Assembly (NCBI GenBank): GCA_043808565.1
Contig: JAZDEQ010000016.1
Span: 1 to 43,767 of the forward strand
Direction: 5' to 3'
Origin: Candidatus Uhrbacteria bacterium
GTDB lineage: Bacteria; Patescibacteriota; Patescibacteriia; UBA9934; GWF2-40-263
DNA length: 43,767 nt
The notes under the pieces are model-generated. The model had not been told where the DNA came from, did no database searches, and was given only the letters and a program-made list of their open reading frames with translations. Shown piece after piece: positions 29,531 to 36,562 of this stretch. The stretch's first letter is position 1. Each line of letters opens with the position of its first letter. The position numbers and the translations under genes were made by a program.

Positions 29531-29670
29531 CGTCATTGCGAGGAGCTCTGAGTTCGTAAGGCGACGCGGCAATCTAGTAATATCCAGACGCGGTTATTAG
29601 ATTGCCACGTCGCTCCACCTTCGCTAAAGCTACGGCGGACACGTCGGCGGCCTCGCTCCTCGCAATGACG
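29531..29670. repeat. Complete family C palindromic element with nested mini-hairpin
   Basis: 16-bp perfect TIR CGTCATTGCGAGGAGC; inner IR GCGACGCGGCAATCTA/TAGATTGCCACGTCGC. Confidence 0.9.
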
Positions 29671-29687
29671 AATAGTCAATAACGTTT

Positions 29688-30275
29688 TTATTTAAAACTC
29701 ATCAATTTATCACTCGCTAACTTTTCGCATTTACTTAAAGCCCGATGTAAAATTACGCCGGCATTGTTGGGGGTACACTTCAGGGTTTGGGCGATTTCTT
29801 CATACGAAGCTTCGGCATAATATTTCATGGTAATAACCAAACGTTCGCGCTCGGGTAAATTTTCTAAAACTCTTTCTAATTCTTCGCCAAGAATATTTTG
29901 ATCGGTTGACTCAATCACATTTTGCCGACTATCAGCCGGATCAAAAGATTTTTCTTCATCATCTAAAGAAGAAGCCTGGTGTTTCATTCGATAATGATCA
30001 GTAATCGTGTTGGTGGCAATACGATAAAGCCAGGCTGAAAATGATGGTCGCAAAACAAAGGTTTGGCGTTTAGCAAAAGCCTTTAAAAAAACTTCGGAAA
30101 CAATATCTTCGGCCGTGTGTTGATGGATAACACGACGAATGACAAAAGTATAAATCTTTTGAAAGTAACGTTCGTAAAGTTGACTAAAAGCCTGATCATC
30201 GCCCTTACTCATCCGAACCGCTAAATCATCATCATTTTCGGTTTCGCTTGCTGTTTCGTTTCGTAAATTTCCCAA
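29688..30275 (-). CDS. ECF (sigma-70 group 4) RNA polymerase sigma factor; start uncertain
   Basis: AFSQLYERY, AEDIVSEVF, FSAWLYRIATN, LPERERLVI, SYEEIA...LHRA motifs. TTG 30275 chosen over the ORF start at 30437. Confidence 0.92.
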   Translation of the reverse strand: MGNLRNETASETENDDDLAVRMSKGDDQAFSQLYERYFQKIYTFVIRRVIHQHTAEDIVSEVFLKAFAKRQTFVLRPSFSAWLYRIATNTITDHYRMKHQASSLDDEEKSFDPADSRQNVIESTDQNILGEELERVLENLPERERLVITMKYYAEASYEEIAQTLKCTPNNAGVILHRALSKCEKLASDKLMSFK

Positions 30276-30486
30276 TAATTCCGTAGCAAAAAAACAAAAA
30301 CGCCGCCAGACCTCTATTAGAGATAACGGTTTAATGATTGAATTATTACTGGATGTAGAAATCGTAGAAAGCGTAGAAAACGTAGATTTTTTGTTAAACA
30401 CGAAGAGTAAGCCATCATTCGCTCTTGTGTTAATCATCCTATCAAAAAATGCTTGGACTGGCTAATTATTTTTCTCACTCGTTAAC

Positions 30487-30597
30487 CCCCTCTCTCTTAT
30501 CTCTCCCCCGGGGAGAGAAGATTAAATTAAGCCCCTTTCCCTGGGGGAGAGGTTGGCCTGCCCGTCCGTAGCCCAGCGAAGGCGGGGTGAGGGGTTG
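30487..30597. repeat. Family D element copy 2 carrying a 30-bp insertion at 30557-30586
   Basis: Aligns to 14358-14438 apart from the insert and about 4 substitutions. Confidence 0.9.
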
Positions 30598-30602
30598 AGA
30601 GC

Positions 30603-32339
30603 CTAATTATTTTTCTCAATAAATTTTAAATAACAGCCATGACAAAAAACCCGACGATTAGGATATTGCTGACAACCAGTGACAGTAATTTCTTTTTGAC
30701 ATTCAGCGCAAGCGCGTTTTTCAAAAACACTTTGTTGACCGCTCATGGCCACTTCGTTTAAACGACGAATAAAGTGAGTATTGGGTGGGGCGATTCGCAG
30801 GGCGCGATAATGATCTAATTCCGGTTTAAGAAAACTAAAAGTCCGCTTGGCTTGTTCATCAAAAATTGGCACACCAATCCAATCATCAGTTAAATCATCA
30901 ATGGAATCAGGAATTTCGCTTCGCTGGCGTGGGGTTGAAGTTAGACGATCGATGCCCGTAGCACTTTCATCATTAGGATCAAAAACTAAACCACCAATTT
31001 TTTCTAATTCAGCCAGTATGGCCCCACAATAAATAACCGCTCCGCCTTCAGGCACATAAGTTGTGGCCAATGAAACCGGTAAATAATGACCGTACTCGCC
31101 CCGATTTAACAACTCCATTTTTATTTCATCCAAATATTTAAAATATTCTTCTTCAGTATATTGCTTATTTAAAATGCAAAACTTTTTATTTTTCAAACCA
31201 ATACAGCCAAAACAATCCTGACAATCAGTACACATTAAACAATATTCGCAATTCTCTAAACGAAAAGAGCGATAGGAAAATTTAGTGCGGCTAGAATTAG
31301 GACATGAGACGCACATGTAAACATCAGTATTATCAATTAAACCCCAACCATAAGCGCAACCCTGAGAATTACCGTACATCCAAGCGCTGTGCCAATTATC
31401 GACCGGGTTATCGGCTGAATCAAAACATTCCGTGCAACGAACAGCATTAGATAAATAATCACCGCTAGATTGTTCGGTATTAACATTAAAATTTTCTGGC
31501 CAAATACCTTGAGACAAAAGTAAATCATCAAACTTTTTTTGCCAAAATTCAGCTTCACTTCGTTTGCCAAGATCAATGGCTGCGAGACGTTTTTCATATT
31601 CATCCTTGGTTAATTGTTCGTTGAAAAACAAGTACTCACCATTTCGTCGATTGGTCGCGCCAAAACAATTTCGGCAATTACGACAATCAAAAAGAAAAGT
31701 CGAATTTAAACAATCGTACGAAGCTCGAACAAACCGACAGCGGTGCAAACGCTGACCGTGCAAGACATTGTGAGATTCAGTAATATTCGAACCAAGCCAA
31801 ACCACTGATGAATCTGAGATACCAAAACCGCCGGCCGAAAAAAATGACCGTTCTGACTTGCAAGCAAAAGTAAAATAACTATTGCGATCACCAAAAGAAA
31901 ATAAAGTAATGGAATTTTCCGGCTCAACTCGATTAAAAGTTGCCAAAAGCGGCACGCGGAGCTCAAGCGCTCGCAGTTGTTCAAAAAATGGCCGAGCCAA
32001 ATCCAAATTTTCAAAAGTATTAGAAAAATCTTTAGCGTGCCATTCTTTATCTGGCAAAACTCGCACTCCCGAAGCTGGATGATGAAAACTTAACACCGGC
32101 TTGCCAGTTTCAAAATGTTTATTCCACCAAAACTGAAAGCCACAATCATAATAAGCCATTTGTTTCCAAATAGTATTGGGTGAAAATTTAATCGGTGGTA
32201 CGTTAAATTTTTTGTAGATGTCGATTTCAGTTTGTTGCAACAGCCACTTTTCACCCATGAGTTCACAGGTCCGCTCACCGGATTTTAATTCAGTGAGGAT
32301 TTTGGCGACGGCCGCGTCGTAGTTGGGGGTTTTAAACAT
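30603..32339 (-). CDS. Cys-rich repeat hypothetical protein, paralog 1 (family common in CPR genomes)
   Basis: CxxC-rich blocks; CFGCIGLKNKKFCILNKQYTEEEY; GEYG motif. Confidence 0.85.
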   Translation of the reverse strand: MFKTPNYDAAVAKILTELKSGERTCELMGEKWLLQQTEIDIYKKFNVPPIKFSPNTIWKQMAYYDCGFQFWWNKHFETGKPVLSFHHPASGVRVLPDKEWHAKDFSNTFENLDLARPFFEQLRALELRVPLLATFNRVEPENSITLFSFGDRNSYFTFACKSERSFFSAGGFGISDSSVVWLGSNITESHNVLHGQRLHRCRFVRASYDCLNSTFLFDCRNCRNCFGATNRRNGEYLFFNEQLTKDEYEKRLAAIDLGKRSEAEFWQKKFDDLLLSQGIWPENFNVNTEQSSGDYLSNAVRCTECFDSADNPVDNWHSAWMYGNSQGCAYGWGLIDNTDVYMCVSCPNSSRTKFSYRSFRLENCEYCLMCTDCQDCFGCIGLKNKKFCILNKQYTEEEYFKYLDEIKMELLNRGEYGHYLPVSLATTYVPEGGAVIYCGAILAELEKIGGLVFDPNDESATGIDRLTSTPRQRSEIPDSIDDLTDDWIGVPIFDEQAKRTFSFLKPELDHYRALRIAPPNTHFIRRLNEVAMSGQQSVFEKRACAECQKEITVTGCQQYPNRRVFCHGCYLKFIEKNN

Positions 32340-32346
32340 ATATATT

Positions 32347-32506
32347 GTTACGAATTACGAAAAGTGCCGAATATACGAATGTGGTTTTTATTGAAAAGCA
32401 CAAGGGCCACAATGGAAACACGGGGAATTTTTTTATTTTCCTTTTATCACCATTGTAACTTTTGAACTCCAAATTCGTATATTCGTTACTTTTCGTAATT
32501 TGTAAC
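32347..32506. repeat. Family A element copy 5 (160 bp)
   Basis: 34-bp TIRs; fills the gap between the two paralogs; right end nearly identical to copy 2. Confidence 0.95.
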
Positions 32507-32509
32507 AGA

Positions 32510-34246
32510 TCAATTATTTTCTTCTAAGTATTTAAGATAACACGCTTGGCAATAAATTTTTCTTGTGGAATAAGTTTTGTTTTTAGCAACAAAAACATTT
32601 TTTTGACACTTACTACATTCCGATGTTTCAAAAGCCCAAGAATTGGCGCTTAAAAAAAGTTTTCTTACTCGACTAATAAAATGTGTAGTGGGCGGAGCGA
32701 TGCCTTCTTGTTTGTAAAAATCAATTTCTGGTTTTAAAAAAGTAAAACGGCGTTTAAATACCAGGTCATCAATCGCCACCCCAACCCAATCTTCTGATTT
32801 TAAGTCATTTATTTTGTCTGGAATTTCGTCTGGCTGTCTAACTTTGGTAGCTAAAGACAGTTGCTGACCAATAGCTCCATCTTGAGTTGGATCAAATATG
32901 TTAGCGTTAATTTTCTCACCAGTTTCAGTATCGGCCAGACAAAAGAAAGCGGCTCCTGATTCGGGAAAGTAAGATTGGGAAAACGAGGCGGGAAAATATT
33001 CTCCGTATTCACCGGCTTGTAACATTTGACATTTAATAGAATCAACAAGCGACCAATATTCTTCTTCTGTATACTGTTGATTTAAAATACAAAAACTTTT
33101 GCGTTTTAAACCAACACAACCAAAACAGTATTCACAGTCTTCACAATTCAAACAATATTCACAAGCGTGACACTGGCTACCCCAACCGACAAATTTACAA
33201 TCATTTGATTTACCGCACGGACAGCAAGAATAACAATTTTGTAAACCAGAACCACCGGTAAAAGCCGAATTTTCGGTGGGTAAAGATGAAAAAGCCGAAT
33301 AATAATTATTATTAGATTGAACCATTTGATAACAAAAACGGCTGTCTTTGCAATCTCTTAAATATTCACCAAGACAGTTTTGGCAGCCTTCATTAAAATT
33401 TTCTGGCCAAACACCTTGAGAAAAAATTAGTTCAGTAAAACGTTTATTTATTTGTTCGACAGTTTCGCGAGAGCTCAAATTAATTTTAGCTAGTTCAACT
33501 TCATAAGCTTCTTGGGTCAATTGTTGATTGAAGAAAATGTATTTCTTATTTCTCTGGTTAATTGCACCAAAACAAAATTCACAGTTTTGACAATCAAAAA
33601 GAAAAGCCGAATTAAGACAGTCAAAACATTCCCGAATGTATCGACAATTATGAATTCTCTGAGAGTGAACAATATTAAAAGAAGAAGTTACTTTTGAAGA
33701 GACGAAAAATTCGGCCGAATTTTCAATATCAAAAGACGCTGAACCAAAAAAACTTCCTTTGCTTCGACTGGCGCCAACAAAATAACTGTTTTGATCACCA
33801 TAAGAAGAGAAAACTAAAGAATTTTCTGGTTTTATGTAATTGCGAGTTGGCGCCAAAGGTATTTGAAGTTGAAGTTCTCTGAATTGTTTTAAAAAATTAA
33901 TCGTTTTGTTGTAATCTTTATTAATGGTGGAAAAATCACTTGCCGCGTATTCTTCATCGGTAATAACTTTTAATTTAGTGGCCGGGTGAACAACTGATAA
34001 AAGCGGGGCGTCAGTAATCGCATGTTTGTGCCACCAAAATTGATAAGCAACGGTAAAACTGGAAAGAATAGATAATCTTGCCCGGGGTGAATACTTAGAC
34101 GGCGGCACATTAAATTTTTTGTACCAACTGATTTCTTCTCCGTCCACGTTCCACTTCTCGTTTGTAAGAGCACAAATTTGCTCGCCGGGTTTTAATTCGT
34201 CGAGGATTTTTTTGATAGCAATGTCGTAATTCGGAGTTCGAGACAT
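32510..34246 (-). CDS. Cys-rich repeat hypothetical protein, paralog 2
   Basis: Colinear with paralog 1 (TPNYD, YKKFNVPP, QFWW, WPENFN, CFGC.GL..K.FCILN.QYTEEEY). Confidence 0.85.
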   Translation of the reverse strand: MSRTPNYDIAIKKILDELKPGEQICALTNEKWNVDGEEISWYKKFNVPPSKYSPRARLSILSSFTVAYQFWWHKHAITDAPLLSVVHPATKLKVITDEEYAASDFSTINKDYNKTINFLKQFRELQLQIPLAPTRNYIKPENSLVFSSYGDQNSYFVGASRSKGSFFGSASFDIENSAEFFVSSKVTSSFNIVHSQRIHNCRYIRECFDCLNSAFLFDCQNCEFCFGAINQRNKKYIFFNQQLTQEAYEVELAKINLSSRETVEQINKRFTELIFSQGVWPENFNEGCQNCLGEYLRDCKDSRFCYQMVQSNNNYYSAFSSLPTENSAFTGGSGLQNCYSCCPCGKSNDCKFVGWGSQCHACEYCLNCEDCEYCFGCVGLKRKSFCILNQQYTEEEYWSLVDSIKCQMLQAGEYGEYFPASFSQSYFPESGAAFFCLADTETGEKINANIFDPTQDGAIGQQLSLATKVRQPDEIPDKINDLKSEDWVGVAIDDLVFKRRFTFLKPEIDFYKQEGIAPPTTHFISRVRKLFLSANSWAFETSECSKCQKNVFVAKNKTYSTRKIYCQACYLKYLEENN

Positions 34247-34258
34247 AATCAAAATCGT

Positions 34259-34296
34259 TTTGCCATTTAAGGCTCGATCGAGCCTTAAATGGCAAA
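34259..34296. repeat. Perfect 38-bp palindrome centred on CGATCG
   Basis: TTTGCCATTTAAGGCTCGA|TCGAGCCTTAAATGGCAAA. Confidence 0.95.
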
Positions 34297-34303
34297 GAGT
34301 AAG

Positions 34304-35773
34304 CTAACGTTTAAACCAAATTTTCATCACTCGCCTGCAGGCTCGCCAAAATTTATGCTCTAACAGTGTAGCCCAAACCACGATGGCTGGAAAGACAATT
34401 ACGGCCCGAAAGATCCTTTGCCAACGCTTGGGCTCTATAAAGAGCCGCCAGAGCCATTCTAAGCCCATTTGGCGCATAAAATGCGGGGCACGAGGTCGGA
34501 AACCAGCAATCATATCTAAAGCGCCACCAATACCGATGGCGATTCGAACACCGGGGAGTTGAGGAAGAATTTTGGCAATAAATTTTTCCTGCTTTCCCTG
34601 CCCCAAAGCCACGGCTAAAATTTTTGGTTCGGTTTTAATAAGTTCGTCTATAATTGATTGAGTTGGCGATCCATTATTCGGCACGTCGCCGGGTTTGATA
34701 ATGACGATATTGGCATTTGGATATTTATTTTTTAGAACCTCGGCGGCTTTTTTAGTCACCTCTGGTCGTCCGCCAACAAGGGCCAGCCGTTCTCCGGTTT
34801 TTACGAGTCGGTCGATAGTATCGACGCCGGTGTGGCGGTGCTCAAGATAATCGTCGGTTAAAGCCGCAACGGCATATTCAAGACCAACACCATCAGGTAA
34901 GAATAAATCGGCTTGATTCAAAAGAGTTAAGAATTCTTTATCTTGTTTAGTTAAAAGAATAAATTCTGGGTTGGGAGTGACAATGGTTTTGGGTTCGGTT
35001 CCGTTAAGCCAATTCTGAAGAGTTTGATCGAGTTCTTGATCGGAGAAGTCGTTGATTTTGACATCGAAGATTGTGTGGAATTTCCTCATAATAACGTCGA
35101 ACGACGTTATTATGATTCCTGTTTTTTTTGATTCAAGGTAGTTTTTAAGCAGTAAAGGGATATTTTTTAGAGATTCTAGTGTAAAAAAACGATCAATCGT
35201 GGCATCATCAACATTTTTTTGTGGTTGGTAGTCGTTTAAAATATTTTGACAAAGCAAATCAATCAGACGTTCTTTTTCTGAAGGCCGCAGTTCGAATTTT
35301 TGAAAAATTTCCTCAAGACCAATATGAATCATTTCGTGAATAATAACACCAAGAAATTTTCTTTGATTATTTTGATTGATTATTATGTAGCCGCTGGGAT
35401 CGAAAGAACCGCCCGGGCCGTAAGCAGTTAAAAGAATTGTGTATTTATTTAATAATTTAAAGCCCCACTGTTTTTGCCATTCAGCCATTTTTTCATAGCC
35501 TTGTAAGATAATTGGTTGGCAATCAGAAATCTTTTTTAAGCTATTCGAAAAATCTAAATCAGGAAAAATTTCTTTTTTAAAAATATCAAATAATTCTTTT
35601 TCGTTTGTTTCGTTTATTTCTTTATTATTTTGATATAATTCAATAAATTCTTTTTGTTCAGGTAAATCGATTTTGTAATTGTTCTCTTTATAAAACTTGT
35701 CTTTTTTGTAAAGATTTTTTACATATTTAAAGGCCTCGTCAGTGGTTTGGGGGCGGATAATTAGGTTGGACAT
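34304..35773 (-). CDS. WecB/TagA/CpsF-family glycosyltransferase fused in-frame to an N-terminal HExxH (zincin-like) domain
   Basis: C-half (from ATG 35089): IVTPNPE, PDGVG, GVD, VALGQGKQE, GIGGALD, RAP..M..GLEWLWRL..EP.R. N-half: YGPGGSF…IIHEMIH. Confidence 0.8.
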   Translation of the reverse strand: MSNLIIRPQTTDEAFKYVKNLYKKDKFYKENNYKIDLPEQKEFIELYQNNKEINETNEKELFDIFKKEIFPDLDFSNSLKKISDCQPIILQGYEKMAEWQKQWGFKLLNKYTILLTAYGPGGSFDPSGYIIINQNNQRKFLGVIIHEMIHIGLEEIFQKFELRPSEKERLIDLLCQNILNDYQPQKNVDDATIDRFFTLESLKNIPLLLKNYLESKKTGIIITSFDVIMRKFHTIFDVKINDFSDQELDQTLQNWLNGTEPKTIVTPNPEFILLTKQDKEFLTLLNQADLFLPDGVGLEYAVAALTDDYLEHRHTGVDTIDRLVKTGERLALVGGRPEVTKKAAEVLKNKYPNANIVIIKPGDVPNNGSPTQSIIDELIKTEPKILAVALGQGKQEKFIAKILPQLPGVRIAIGIGGALDMIAGFRPRAPHFMRQMGLEWLWRLFIEPKRWQRIFRAVIVFPAIVVWATLLEHKFWRACRRVMKIWFKR

Positions 35774-35786
35774 AAAAAATATAGTG

Positions 35787-36319
35787 GGGTCATAATAGCG
35801 GCGGTCGTGGCTTTTTTGACCCCTTTTTTTCTTCAACTATAAAAACTTTTATCCATTTATCCAAACCTATTAAACAAAAAATTTCGGCCAAAAGATTTGC
35901 CGCGTCAAATTGTGAAATCCAAACACTTTTTTGAAGACGAATAAAACAAGAATCTTCTAAAAATATCCTTAAAGCTTCACGTATTTCTTTTTTTACCTCA
36001 GGAATATCAAAAACGACCATGCATTCCTTTCCACTGGGCAAAAGATCGGTTTGAGTTAATTCAAGTTTGAGGAATTCTATTAGACCTTTTTCCGTCAAAT
36101 AAAATTTCTTTTTTTTATTTCCAGTTTCAATAAAATTTCTTTTGATCAAACGCTTAACGTTATCCGATATGATTCTTTTGTCCTTTGTATAAACCCTCGA
36201 AGTGTTGCTGTGTCGACCAATGGAAATTAAAACTTCAGCCATTTTTGAGGTCGGCCTAATTTGATTAAATTTTATTTTTGGTTTACGCATAAAAGCCACG
36301 ATCGCCGTTATTATGACCC
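35787..36319 (-). mobile_element. Candidate IR-bounded single-gene cassette
   Basis: 29-bp inverted repeats (27/29 identical) at 35787-35815 and 36291-36319 bracket one gene. Confidence 0.5.
35790..36290 (-). CDS. PaaX-like protein: winged helix plus Cas2-like ferredoxin-fold domain
   Basis: RLIKRNFI…FYLTEKG (wHTH); MVVFDIPE..K.IREALR..L….F..LQKSVW (PaaX central/Cas2-like). Start placed at ATG 36290. Confidence 0.85.
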   Translation of the reverse strand: MRKPKIKFNQIRPTSKMAEVLISIGRHSNTSRVYTKDKRIISDNVKRLIKRNFIETGNKKKKFYLTEKGLIEFLKLELTQTDLLPSGKECMVVFDIPEVKKEIREALRIFLEDSCFIRLQKSVWISQFDAANLLAEIFCLIGLDKWIKVFIVEEKKGSKKPRPPLL

Positions 36320-36408
36320 ACAACCAAAATTCCTCTGCTGATCCATACAAGTTCCTTTCAAGTATTATTTCCTAAACAATTTTACCCAAAAACCCACTTA
36401 TTCACAAC

Positions 36409-36449
36409 TTGACTTTCCTAAATTGGCACTCTATACTTATGAGTGCTAA
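36409..36449 (+). promoter_or_regulatory. clpB promoter with CIRCE (HrcA operator)
   Basis: TTGACT (36409-14), 17 nt, TATACT (36432-37); TTGGCACTC-N9-GAGTGCTAA at 36423-36449, one mismatch to the CIRCE consensus. Confidence 0.92.
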
Positions 36450-36461
36450 TTTAAATTTTAA

Positions 36462-36556
36462 AATGTCTAATTTCTAATGTCTAATTACGGAATTTTGAAA
36501 TTCTTAAAGAAATAATAACAATCCTTCATTAGACATTCCCAATAATTAGAAATTTC
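36462..36556. repeat. Family B heptamer palindrome copy 3, in the clpB 5' UTR
   Basis: Homologous to 19003-19093. Confidence 0.85.
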
Positions 36557-36562
36557 TACACT

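Noticed and set aside
35790-36290. Bona fide CRISPR cas2 locus
   Set aside because: No cas1, other cas genes or array in the window; the wHTH fusion fits the PaaX-like class.
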